From IMG/VR virus record IMGVR_UViG_3300045988_027578: a DNA stretch of 57,547 bases; one strand, 5' to 3'. This DNA is from a virus. The notes beneath the pieces were generated by a model, which made no database searches, had not been told where the DNA came from, and saw only the letters and a list, made by a program, of their open reading frames with translations. Below, one piece after another: positions 44,432 through 53,483 of this stretch (the first letter of the stretch is position 1; each line of letters starts with the position of its first letter). Made by a program: the position numbers and the translations under genes.

Positions 44432-47400
44432 ATGAAGATATTAGACACAGCTATGACGGAAATTGTTAAGGGAAACAGTGCAAGATACTATTCTAAGTAT
44501 GTCGTTGATGGAAAAGAACATACTGATACACTTAACAATTTCAAGTTTCAAAACATGATAAACCCCAATAATGAAATCACGATAGGTAACACTTGCAGTA
44601 GCAGTGTTACCTTCTCTATTTATATGCCAGCAATAAGCCTTGAAAATAAAGAGATTACCATATTCGAGGGTGTTAAGGTTGGAGCAGAAATTAAGTATAT
44701 TAAGTTGGGGAAATTCACAGTTACTAAGCAGACAAGTGACGGAGAATACACAAGTTATGAAGCATACGACAGAATGTATAAGGCTGATATGCCTTATTTC
44801 TCTGATATGGCATTTCCTAGCACAGATAAAGCTATTCTTAATGAGATATGCGGTAAGTTAGGTATATCTTTAGTAACAAATATAACCACAGCACATACTA
44901 TCAACGACAAGCCACAAGGATATACCTACAGAGAAATTATCGGCTATATGGCTATGTTACAAGGCTGTAATGCGGTAATTAATGCTGACGGAAACCTTGA
45001 ATTAAGGTGGTATAAGGATAGTGGATATGTACTTGACGGACATAAGTATTATCAGCAAGGCGTTACATTCACAACGAGTAAAGATTTTATTATACAGAAG
45101 CTGACATGTAATAATACCAAAAGCGGTTCTACAGAACAAAGTCAGATTACTTCTGGTGACGGAGCGACAGGACTTAGTTTTGCCAATCCGTTTATGACGC
45201 AGGCAATTCTTGATGAAGTCTATAAAAAGATAGGCGGTTTTACATTTAGACCGCTTACAGTTAAGTTTGTCGGTGACTACCGACTAGAAGTTGGTGACAT
45301 TATAACTGTCAACAAGGGTGGCGTTGATTACAAAGTGCCTATAATGCAGATTACGCACGAATGTGACGGCGGCTTAATGGATACCGTTACATCTATAGGT
45401 CAATCTGATACGGAGAATGCAAGTGTAGCTTCCGGACCTATTACTAAGCAGATGGAACGGTACTATGCCGACTTGATACTTGTAAATAAAGCACTTATTA
45501 ATAAACTATCTGTTGATGAAGCTGATATCAGATACGCAAGCATTGAAACTTTAAAGGCTGTTAATGCTGATATTGACAACCTTAAAACAAATAAACTGGA
45601 CGCAACATATGCAGATATCATTAATGCTAATGTGGAAAGTCTTAAGGCTGTTAATGCGGACATTGCAAATCTTAAAGTAGATTATGAGAAAGTTGGCATA
45701 CTTGACGCAAGTGTAGCTGATATCAAAACGTTAATATTCGGTTCAGCAACAGGAACAACAATAACAACGGATTTCTCTAATTCTGTTATTGCTGTTCTTG
45801 GAGAAGCGCAGATTAAGTCAGCAATGATTGATAGTCTTGACGCAAGCAAAATCACAGCACTTGACATTAATACTACTAATGTACTTGTTCACAGCGAAGA
45901 TGGCAGGTCACAATGGGAAGACAATACAATTCAAATATCTGACAGCGAAAGAGTGCGTGTGCAGATAGGCAAAGACGCTAATTCAGATTACAACATGTAT
46001 ATATGGGATAAAGCTGGCAATCTTATGTTTGACGCTATCGGCTTAACTGATAAAGGCATTCAACGACAAGTTATCCGTGATGATATGGTTAAGGATAATG
46101 CTAATATTGCTGCAAACAAGCTGAATATAGAATCACTGTTCAATGTTATCAACAATGATGGTTCACACACGCTTAATTCAACAAAGATATATGTTGATAG
46201 TGAACAGCAAACCCTTGATAGCGTATTCAAGAGTATTCAGACAACCGTTGGCGGCAATTCTACATTATGGGGTTCAGCCATTAAGCAATCCAAAGATTTC
46301 ATCGACCAGAAGCTATGGTGGACTGATATTCGTAATGGAGAATCCATCGAAAGCAAATTTAATACAGTTACAAGTACGCTTGACAGCTTCGGCGTGCAAA
46401 TAGGAGATGTTTACAAGCAACTCAACGATGATTTCAAGGTCTATCAGGTGACATACGAGCCGACTAAGGATAATTATCCAGCTAACGAGTGGAGTGTACT
46501 TATATATCCAAGCGATGATAGATACCCTAGTGATAGCACATGGCAATACACCGAAGCAGAATATGATAATTATGTAGGCATTATAGCGTATTGGGAAGCG
46601 CAGAACAGAGCGTGGCGTTGGATTAAAAAAATAGACGGAACGCACGGTTGGAAAGAAATATCTTCAACCGAAATCGCTTATCTTCTTAATCAAAATGCCG
46701 CGTTAAAGGTGAACCTTAATACAATCAGCTCTGAATTAAGTAAGACACAGATTGATATAAGAGACAATTATAGCACTACTGTACAAGTTAATAATGCTAT
46801 TACACAGGCAGTTAGTGCAGAGAGCAATAGTATCAAGTTGGAAGTCTCTAATAATTACGCTACAAAGAAGAGCCTTGAAAGTTATGCTACATCAGCAAGC
46901 CTTGAAGCATACATTAAGAAAGACCCAACGAGCGGAGAACTTAAATCGGCAATTGAAGCTATAGCAGATGACATTACACTTAAAGCTAAAGGCACAATTA
47001 ATATTAGTGGTAATAAGTCTGTTAATATTAACGGCGACTTGTTCACATTAACGACAACTAATACCACTATTTCAGCAGATGGAACAATCACATGTAAAAA
47101 ATTAAATGCTAAAGGTAGCACAATAGGCGGATACGCAATTAATGATTATACTTTGGTAGGTGAACAAGTTGGCATAAGCAGTAAAAGTGGATACGGCTGG
47201 GCTTTTTGGGCTGGCTCTGATACACCAGAAAATTCTGTGTTTAAGGTAGGACATGACGGTAGCTTGTATGCAAAATCAGCTCATATTACCGGAGGAGATA
47301 TAGACATTAACACAAGTACATTGAGTACATCTGTAATTCAGCTTAATTACAACAGTAGACATGCTAAAATGTCTCCTTACCAAATAAGTTATACATCAGA

Positions 47401-47593
47401 TGAATATGAATCATTTATGGATGCAGACGGCTTCGCAATTTTGGATAAAAACGGAAATACTATATCTGAATTAAGAGATAAGTCTTTAATGTTAAATCAG
47501 GGAGATTGTTATGTGTATGGATATTATTATATAAGTTCTGGCGGTGCATGGGTTGAACTGTCGGAGTGGATTAAGCAAAAATTAGGTATATAA
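44432..47593 (+). CDS. large tail-tip / receptor-binding structural protein (1053 aa)
   Basis: Size and position; internal duplicated coiled segments (LKAVNADI x2). Confidence 0.7.
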   Translation: MKILDTAMTEIVKGNSARYYSKYVVDGKEHTDTLNNFKFQNMINPNNEITIGNTCSSSVTFSIYMPAISLENKEITIFEGVKVGAEIKYIKLGKFTVTKQTSDGEYTSYEAYDRMYKADMPYFSDMAFPSTDKAILNEICGKLGISLVTNITTAHTINDKPQGYTYREIIGYMAMLQGCNAVINADGNLELRWYKDSGYVLDGHKYYQQGVTFTTSKDFIIQKLTCNNTKSGSTEQSQITSGDGATGLSFANPFMTQAILDEVYKKIGGFTFRPLTVKFVGDYRLEVGDIITVNKGGVDYKVPIMQITHECDGGLMDTVTSIGQSDTENASVASGPITKQMERYYADLILVNKALINKLSVDEADIRYASIETLKAVNADIDNLKTNKLDATYADIINANVESLKAVNADIANLKVDYEKVGILDASVADIKTLIFGSATGTTITTDFSNSVIAVLGEAQIKSAMIDSLDASKITALDINTTNVLVHSEDGRSQWEDNTIQISDSERVRVQIGKDANSDYNMYIWDKAGNLMFDAIGLTDKGIQRQVIRDDMVKDNANIAANKLNIESLFNVINNDGSHTLNSTKIYVDSEQQTLDSVFKSIQTTVGGNSTLWGSAIKQSKDFIDQKLWWTDIRNGESIESKFNTVTSTLDSFGVQIGDVYKQLNDDFKVYQVTYEPTKDNYPANEWSVLIYPSDDRYPSDSTWQYTEAEYDNYVGIIAYWEAQNRAWRWIKKIDGTHGWKEISSTEIAYLLNQNAALKVNLNTISSELSKTQIDIRDNYSTTVQVNNAITQAVSAESNSIKLEVSNNYATKKSLESYATSASLEAYIKKDPTSGELKSAIEAIADDITLKAKGTINISGNKSVNINGDLFTLTTTNTTISADGTITCKKLNAKGSTIGGYAINDYTLVGEQVGISSKSGYGWAFWAGSDTPENSVFKVGHDGSLYAKSAHITGGDIDINTSTLSTSVIQLNYNSRHAKMSPYQISYTSDEYESFMDADGFAILDKNGNTISELRDKSLMLNQGDCYVYGYYYISSGGAWVELSEWIKQKLGI

Positions 47594-47622
47594 ATCCGCA
47601 CAGCGGTAGAAAGGAAAGCAAT

Positions 47623-47889
47623 ATGTTAAGTATAACAAAGACAACAAATTTAAGCGGAACATCAGTGATTAATGGTCAATCAGCCATGACAATGTATGCG
47701 GCTGTACCGGAAACTGGTTCATTGACAATTAGTCAGACAATCACTAACAAGGAATTATACCTTGCAAATCAGACACAATGTGATAATGATTATGAGAATT
47801 TTAAGGCAGAAGTTAATAAGCTATTAAAGAGTAAACAGCAGACAGTTGATTCAGATACGACAGACATAACAGAAACAGTAACAGAGTAA
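47623..47889 (+). CDS. hypothetical tail-module protein
   Basis: RBS AAAGGAAAG. Confidence 0.5.
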   Translation: MLSITKTTNLSGTSVINGQSAMTMYAAVPETGSLTISQTITNKELYLANQTQCDNDYENFKAEVNKLLKSKQQTVDSDTTDITETVTE

Positions 47890-47897
47890 ATCATCAG

Positions 47898-47930
47898 AGA
47901 GTGCGGGTTTAAGTCCGCACTCTTATTTTT
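47898..47930 (+). terminator. rho-independent terminator
   Basis: AGAGTGCGG-8 nt-CCGCACTCT followed by TATTTTT. Confidence 0.8.
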
Positions 47931-47943
47931 AAGGAGGTAAATT

Positions 47944-48414
47944 ATGAGCCTAACCGGTTTTCTTTCATACAGCCGTGTAAACTGGCAACAATCGCCAAGT
48001 AAAAGTACTCCCTGGAATGCGACAAACTTAAATATAATGGACGCAGGAATTAAGAATAACAATGACATGATTAGTAATCTTCGCGATGAAGTTACACAAT
48101 TAAACAGTAATAAAGTATTAACAATACTAGAATATGGTTTTCTTGCAGACTATCAAGTCACAGAAAGAGAATTAGGTAATGGAACTTATCTTTATCTTAA
48201 TTCACATATTAATAATTTTCAAATAAGTGTAATTTCTATTAGCAATAATTTGAAAACATGTAATATATATACTATATATAAAGATATGGAAAATGACGAT
48301 GAAACGACAAAAATAACATATGACAAAGAATCTGGCAAAGTTAAATTCGATTCAAGCAAAAGTTCATGTCGAGGGAACCTTTTTAAATTTAACGAAAGAA
48401 TTGCTAATACTTAA
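47944..48414 (+). CDS. hypothetical (tail fibre accessory position)
   Basis: RBS AAGGAGG. Confidence 0.55.
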   Translation: MSLTGFLSYSRVNWQQSPSKSTPWNATNLNIMDAGIKNNNDMISNLRDEVTQLNSNKVLTILEYGFLADYQVTERELGNGTYLYLNSHINNFQISVISISNNLKTCNIYTIYKDMENDDETTKITYDKESGKVKFDSSKSSCRGNLFKFNERIANT

Positions 48415-48470
48415 TATTATTTTTTACAAATGATGCCTACTTTCAGATGAACAGCTTAATATTAGCAATC

Positions 48471-48501
48471 AAGCACCTTAGTAATACTAGGGTGCTTTTT
48501 T
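48471..48501 (+). terminator. rho-independent terminator
   Basis: AAGCACC-13 nt-GGTGCTT followed by TTTT. Confidence 0.8.
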
Positions 48502-48534
48502 GATACACATTTTTCTAAATTTAGGAGGTAATTT

Positions 48535-49815
48535 ATGAGTAAATTATTTGGAATCGACACATCGAAGTGGCAGGGAGATTTTGACTTTCAGAGAGCTAAA
48601 GATAATGAGGGTGTAGACTTTGCCATTATCAAGGCAGGCGGTGCTGATGATGGCTTATACGAAGATAGAGAGTTTGAGAACAGCTATAACAAGTTGGAAA
48701 GTGCAGGAATCCACAAGGGAGCTTATTTTTTTGGTAATGCATTAAACGCTGATGAAGCCGTAAATGAAGCCAGATATTTTGCACAGCTTTTAACAGGTAA
48801 ATCATTCTGCTACCCAGTGTTCTATGATGTTGAAGCAGGCATGGTTACTGGCAACGACCTTACAGACATTATTATGGCGTTTCTTGATGAAATGAGAAAT
48901 GCAGGATATAAGAATGTCGGTGTATACTCATATGAGAACTGCATTAACAATTATGTAGACATTTCAAGAGTAAAAGAAGCTGGTTATGCCGTTTGGGTAG
49001 CAAAGTATTCAGATGCAGAACCTAGAATTGCTGTTGATTATGATATGTGGCAGTTTGGCGGAAGTGTTAATTATCTTAGAGACACACAGATTAACGGACA
49101 GACAGTAGATCAGAACTATTGTTACACTGATTATTGCACAGACCATGTAGTTGAAGACATCACAGTGCCAGACTATGAGCCAGTGCCAGATACTAAGTAT
49201 CATAAAGGCGATACAGTTAAGGTTATTAACGCTATTCAGTACGATAACGGCGAGCCGTTCAGCACTTACTATGATGAGTACAGCGTTTTATCAGTTAGTG
49301 GTAGAAGAGTTGTTATCGGCATTGACGGCGTAACTACTGCTGCTATTGATGAGGATAACATCAGCCTTATTAAGTGCATTTATGACAATGGCAATGATAT
49401 CAACACAGATACAGTAAGCCGTGGTGACGGCAAGAAAGTCAGAGTGCTTGATAACATTGATTATGACGGCAATAGATTCGGCGTATATTATGATGAATAT
49501 GATGTAATCGAAGAGAACGGAGACAGAGTTGTTATCGGAATAGGAGATGTTACAACCGCCGCTGTCAATATTGCCAATCTTGAGTTTATCGGCGGCTCAA
49601 GCTCTGATGATACACCTACAGATATTCCATTCAGCGAAGACATTGGAGAGGGTAGCACAGTGAGATTTGTTGGCAATACTGATTATGATGGCACACCTAT
49701 TAAGGCTTGGTTTGATGAGTATACAGTATCAGAAAAAAGCGGAGACAGAGTTGTGCTTGTGCATGACGGAGAATTGTTCGCGGCGGTCAATGTAGCTGAT
49801 TGCGAATTAGTCTAA
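48535..49815 (+). CDS. endolysin: GH25 muramidase plus three SH3-like cell-wall-binding repeats
   Basis: FGIDTSKWQGDFDFQRAK..GVDFAIIKAGG. Three ~55-aa repeats (G.xV+V...YDG......YDEY.V....GDRVVIG...VTTAAV). Confidence 0.9.
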   Translation: MSKLFGIDTSKWQGDFDFQRAKDNEGVDFAIIKAGGADDGLYEDREFENSYNKLESAGIHKGAYFFGNALNADEAVNEARYFAQLLTGKSFCYPVFYDVEAGMVTGNDLTDIIMAFLDEMRNAGYKNVGVYSYENCINNYVDISRVKEAGYAVWVAKYSDAEPRIAVDYDMWQFGGSVNYLRDTQINGQTVDQNYCYTDYCTDHVVEDITVPDYEPVPDTKYHKGDTVKVINAIQYDNGEPFSTYYDEYSVLSVSGRRVVIGIDGVTTAAIDEDNISLIKCIYDNGNDINTDTVSRGDGKKVRVLDNIDYDGNRFGVYYDEYDVIEENGDRVVIGIGDVTTAAVNIANLEFIGGSSSDDTPTDIPFSEDIGEGSTVRFVGNTDYDGTPIKAWFDEYTVSEKSGDRVVLVHDGELFAAVNVADCELV

Positions 49816-49824
49816 CATATAAAA

Positions 49825-49849
49825 TACCGGGAGTGTAATGCTCCCGGTA
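49825..49849. terminator. bidirectional-type terminator hairpin
   Basis: TACCGGGAG-7 nt-CTCCCGGTA. Confidence 0.7.
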
Positions 49850-50029
49850 ATATCTTAATGAATAAGCACATAACAAGCATAATGCTTACAATTTTCTTTT
49901 TCATAGGCAAATCCCCTTTAAATTTAATTTTACTAATCATATCACAATATGCATAATTTGTCGAATATTGTCGAAACTTGCGATATTTTTAAGTTGATTT
50001 TTATATTATCAGTATTTATAATAATAATT

Positions 50030-50162
50030 GTCCGAGAGAGTTCGGACGAAATCTTCAAGTTTTGGCTAGGTGGCACTGTTTGATTGGCGTTGGCAGTGTC
50101 ACCGCTGAAAACTGTCAATCTACTGGGGGTAGATTGACAATAAAGAACAAATGTTCTATAAT
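50030..50162 (+). promoter_or_regulatory. three consecutive hairpins followed by a consensus promoter
   Basis: Hairpins at 50030-47, 50069-50103 and 50113-39 (10-bp perfect stem). TTGACA 50134-39, 17 nt, TATAAT 50157-62. Confidence 0.55.
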
Positions 50163-50206
50163 AACGCTATCGCTGCCAGTGTTATATCGTGCAATAAGGG
50201 GGATAT

Positions 50207-50323
50207 ATGGAGAATGAGGAATACAGACAAAAGATTATCGGATTAATAGAAAAAATAGAAAATACAGGTACATTAGAGTACCTGTATTCATTCATAGAAA
50301 ACTTCTTGAAGAGGTGGGGGTAA
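50207..50323 (+). CDS. small protein (38 aa)
   Basis: Strong RBS AAGGGGGA; hand-translated MENEEYRQKIIGLIEKIENTGTLEYLYSFIENFLKRWG. Confidence 0.5.
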   Translation: MENEEYRQKIIGLIEKIENTGTLEYLYSFIENFLKRWG

Positions 50324-50327
50324 AACC

Positions 50328-50699
50328 CTACTTCTTTTCTTTTCGAGATAACATAACATCTATCATATCTAATATTGTTTCTTTATCTCTTTGCTCTAAC
50401 ATAGAAAACTTCCAAAGTAAATCAACATCTTTTTCAGCTTCTTTTGAATTATCCTTACGGATTGGTGAAACATCAAATCCCATTAGCCACGCTTCTGACA
50501 CGTTCAAAGCCATTCCTAAGACAACTAGCTTTTCTTGACTAGGTTCAACTTTTCCTGACACATATTGACTAATATCTGACTTATTCATCTTGATATTGTA
50601 TTTCTTGCAATAAGGCAATGATAAGTTCAAAATATCAACCTGTTTTAACTTCCGTTCTTTCATTAGCTGTTCAAGCCTATCCGATGTACTTTCTTTCAT
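50328..50699 (-). CDS. CI-like repressor (XRE HTH)
   Basis: Start trimmed to MKESTSDRLEQLMKERKLKQVDI... after AAAGGAGG. Divergent from the cro-like gene. Confidence 0.8.
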   Translation of the reverse strand: MKESTSDRLEQLMKERKLKQVDILNLSLPYCKKYNIKMNKSDISQYVSGKVEPSQEKLVVLGMALNVSEAWLMGFDVSPIRKDNSKEAEKDVDLLWKFSMLEQRDKETILDMIDVMLSRKEKK

Positions 50700-50737
50700 T
50701 TTAGTTATCCTCCTTTCTGTTGATAATATAGCATTAT

Positions 50738-50844
50738 TTGAACAAAAGTTCAAGACATAAAACTTAAAAAGTAAAAAATATTGAACTTTTTATTGACACA
50801 TTGGTTTGATAATGATATTATAAAATCAGTTCAAAACATTGAAC
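50738..50844. promoter_or_regulatory. operator/promoter region of the cI-cro switch
   Basis: TTGAAC-N4-GTTCAA (50738-53), half-site at 50781-86, GTTCAA-N4-TTGAAC (50829-44). PR TTGACA 50793-98, 17 nt, TATTAT. Confidence 0.65.
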
Positions 50845-50872
50845 TTAAAATGCAGAAAGGAGAAAAATTAGA

Positions 50873-51097
50873 ATGGCTTTTAATTACAGTAAGTTAAGAG
50901 GTCGCATAATTGAAAAGTATGGAAGTCAGACAGACTTTGCTAAGGCGTTTGGCTGTTCAGACAGGACTTTATCGCTTAAGATGACGGGTAAACGACCTTG
51001 GAAACAGGTTGAGATTTTAAAAGCAATTAAATTATTAGATTTATCAGAAGATGATATACAGGATTATTTTTTTGCTTTAGAAGTTCAAAACATTTAA
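50873..51097 (+). CDS. Cro-like HTH regulator
   Basis: SQTDFAKAFGCSDRTLSLKMTGKRPW. A further operator-like GTTCAA-N4-TTTAAC lies at 51083-98. Confidence 0.75.
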   Translation: MAFNYSKLRGRIIEKYGSQTDFAKAFGCSDRTLSLKMTGKRPWKQVEILKAIKLLDLSEDDIQDYFFALEVQNI

Positions 51098-51116
51098 CTT
51101 TTAGGAAGGAGCAAGA

Positions 51117-51266
51117 ATGGAAAGAGAATTGAAAGAATTAATCCAGATTGAAAAGAAAAGAAATTCCTTGCTTGAAGAAATCAATCGGTCATTGAAGAAA
51201 CTTGCAAGCAAGGAAGATAAAGAGTATCAGGGTGAAGTTGGCAAATCAGCTTTTAATCTTGATTAA
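51117..51266 (+). CDS. small coiled-coil protein (49 aa)
   Basis: RBS GGAAGGAG; hand-translated MERELKELIQIEKKRNSLLEEIN... Confidence 0.45.
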   Translation: MERELKELIQIEKKRNSLLEEINRSLKKLASKEDKEYQGEVGKSAFNLD

Positions 51267-51477
51267 GCCAGTTATGGTAATGTTCCAGCATTTCCATAAT
51301 ACCAATTTCAACCCACGCACGACGAATAAACTCATGTTCTTCAGCAATGTCAGCAAAGTTTTGTTTTTCAGTAGCAGACATTACTTTCTGATGAATTGAA
51401 GAATGAATTTCATCGCCATTAGAGCTTACAAAAGCTTTGAAATCTTCAAAATTTTTCACAATCTCACCTCTTTTCAT
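51253..51477 (-). CDS. hypothetical protein
   Basis: ORF track. A TATAAT box lies 11 nt upstream of the ATG and there is no SD sequence, so the leader is short. Confidence 0.45.
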   Translation of the reverse strand: MKRGEIVKNFEDFKAFVSSNGDEIHSSIHQKVMSATEKQNFADIAEEHEFIRRAWVEIGIMEMLEHYHNWLNQD

Positions 51478-51522
51478 AAAAGATAAGAGGATTATAGCAC
51501 AAATGGATTAGAATTTTTGATA

Positions 51523-51677
51523 TTGATGCAATAGAAAAGTGATGGTAGCGGTAAATAGTTACAAACTTTTATTCAAACATCATTAGTTCTTTTTGACAGG
51601 GATAGCGCCCTGTTCGTATCAAGTGTGAATTACCTACCGATTGGAAAATGTCTACCATCACCTTTCTATTGTATCAA
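51523..51677. repeat. 26-bp inverted repeat (2 mismatches) with a 103-bp spacer
   Basis: TTGATGCAATAGAAAAGTGATGGTAG / CTACCATCACCTTTCTATTGTATCAA. Confidence 0.85.
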
Positions 51678-51782
51678 TAAATATAAAGTTCTACAAGTTA
51701 CAGCAGATAGGAATGAGCAGAATTGCTCAAATGCACCTTAAAAGGTCAAAATATATCACACATTATTTAGAAAGGAATGTTT

Positions 51783-52490
51783 ATGGAGTTACAGATTTTT
51801 AGCAATTCTGAGTTTGGAGAAATCCGAACCATTACTAAAGATGATGAACCTATGTTTTGCTTGGCTGATGTATGCAAGGCATTGGAAATCACACATGTTA
51901 CAGATGTGAAAAATAGGCTTAAACAAGATGGGGTCGGTATTGCCGAGGTCATAGACAGCTTAGGAAGAAAACAGAAAGCTACATTTATTAATGAAAGCAA
52001 TCTTTACAAGACAATCTTTCAGAGCAGAAAAGAGAGTGCAGAAAGATTTACAGAATGGGTTACATCAGAAGTCCTTCCATCAATCAGAAAGACAGGAAGT
52101 TACAGTAAACCTTTGACAACATCTGAACAGATTAGATTATTGGCACAGGGCAACACAGAACTTACAGAGAGAGTTGATAAGGTTGAAGATAAGATAACCA
52201 GTATCGAAGAAGAAACTCCGCTTTACGGCTGTGAGATTGAAGAAGTGCAGAAACATGTTAGAAAGAAAGGAATTGAAGTACTTGGCGGAAAGGACAGCAA
52301 TGCGTACAAAGACGGTGGTATTCGCGGTTCAGTATATTCTGATATATACAAGCAGTTAAAACGCGAATTCGGGTGCGTGGCGACATACAAGAGTATTAAA
52401 AGAAAATACTTGGCTGATGTACACGAATTCATTGACACCTATTTGTTGCCAATAGCACTTGCCGAGGTGGTACATGATACAAACATGTAG
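51783..52490 (+). CDS. antirepressor (Bro-N domain plus C-terminal ORF6C-like domain)
   Basis: ELQIFSNSEFGEIRTITKDDEPMFCLADVCKALEI...FTEWVTSEVLPSIRKTGSY. Confidence 0.85.
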   Translation: MELQIFSNSEFGEIRTITKDDEPMFCLADVCKALEITHVTDVKNRLKQDGVGIAEVIDSLGRKQKATFINESNLYKTIFQSRKESAERFTEWVTSEVLPSIRKTGSYSKPLTTSEQIRLLAQGNTELTERVDKVEDKITSIEEETPLYGCEIEEVQKHVRKKGIEVLGGKDSNAYKDGGIRGSVYSDIYKQLKREFGCVATYKSIKRKYLADVHEFIDTYLLPIALAEVVHDTNM

Positions 52491-52498
52491 GAGAAGAT

Positions 52499-53020
52499 AT
52501 GAAAGAAAAGATAATTAACATATCCGCAACACTGGCAGGAATCAGCCTTATAGCGTTAATTCTAAGACCGGTACAGCCGCAAGCTAAGATTAATCAGCAG
52601 AGTGCAGTGTTAATTGAATGCTACAACTCACATGTTGATTATAAGGTTGAAACTGGGGAGATAAGTGTTGATGAATATGAGTTGTCGCTTATGGCACATT
52701 TGCTGATGGGCGAATGTGGAGCGACATGCAACGATGATGAAATGCTATATCTTGCAGGAGCTGTTGTTTTGAATAGAGTACAAAGCGAGTATTTCCCTAA
52801 CAGCATTGAAGAAGTTATTTATCAGCCAGGGCAATATCAATGTACAGAGCTTATGAACAGTGGATTCTATAAAGAGCCAACAGAAAGGTGCTGGAGAATA
52901 GCAGAAGAATTATTAATAAGCGGATATGACATACCTAGCAATGTGTTGTATCAAGCTGAATTTAAACAAGGTAGCGGCGTTTATAAGAAAGTGCAGAATA
53001 TGTACTTTTGCTACAAGTAA
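52499..53020 (+). CDS. SleB-family cell wall hydrolase with an N-terminal TM/signal segment
   Basis: LMGECGA...LAGAVVLNRVQSEYFPNSIEEVIYQPGQYQC. Confidence 0.8.
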   Translation: MKEKIINISATLAGISLIALILRPVQPQAKINQQSAVLIECYNSHVDYKVETGEISVDEYELSLMAHLLMGECGATCNDDEMLYLAGAVVLNRVQSEYFPNSIEEVIYQPGQYQCTELMNSGFYKEPTERCWRIAEELLISGYDIPSNVLYQAEFKQGSGVYKKVQNMYFCYK

Positions 53021-53029
53021 GGAGTGTTT

Positions 53030-53326
53030 ATGGAAGCAAGGATAAGAGAAGAAATGTTCAACTTGGGTATTCTCTCTAATAAAAGAGGTTACATCTACAT
53101 AATTGAAGCTGTTAAGCGGTTCAATTCTTCTATAACAATGGAAGAAATTTACAATAACATTGCTAGTACAGTAGGCAAGTCAAGATGTGCTGTTGAAAGG
53201 TCAATTAGAACAGCGATTAAATCAGCTAACCATGATTTATCATCATGGAAGAATTATGACTGCCTCACAACAAGAGGATTTATTACAACAATGTATTACA
53301 GATGTAAGGAGAGTGCCAATGAGTAA
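53030..53326 (+). CDS. Spo0A C-terminal-domain-like DNA-binding protein
   Basis: LGILSNKRGYIYIIEAV...EIYNNIASTVGKSRCAVERSIRTAIKSA. Confidence 0.7.
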   Translation: MEARIREEMFNLGILSNKRGYIYIIEAVKRFNSSITMEEIYNNIASTVGKSRCAVERSIRTAIKSANHDLSSWKNYDCLTTRGFITTMYYRCKESANE

Positions 53327-53471
53327 CATAAAAAGAATTATTAAGCTGAACAGAAACAGACAGAGAGCTATAAGGGAAAAGGATTTCAGAAAGTTCTATA
53401 CTTTCAGCTGCAAAATCCATCTGATTGAAAGAATGGATAAAGTACCAATAGGAAGTTACATATTAAAATAA
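53319..53471 (+). CDS. small basic protein (50 aa)
   Basis: ATG 53319 overlaps the previous stop. Confidence 0.4.
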   Translation: MSNIKRIIKLNRNRQRAIREKDFRKFYTFSCKIHLIERMDKVPIGSYILK

Positions 53472-53483
53472 GGAGAGAAAGAA

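Noticed and set aside
45541-45680. The internal near-repeat in the tail-tip gene (LKAVNADIDNLK / LKAVNADIANLK) as a DGR template/variable-repeat pair.
   Set aside because: No reverse transcriptase ORF is present anywhere in the window. The copies are adjacent in-frame coiled-coil duplications without adenine-specific differences.
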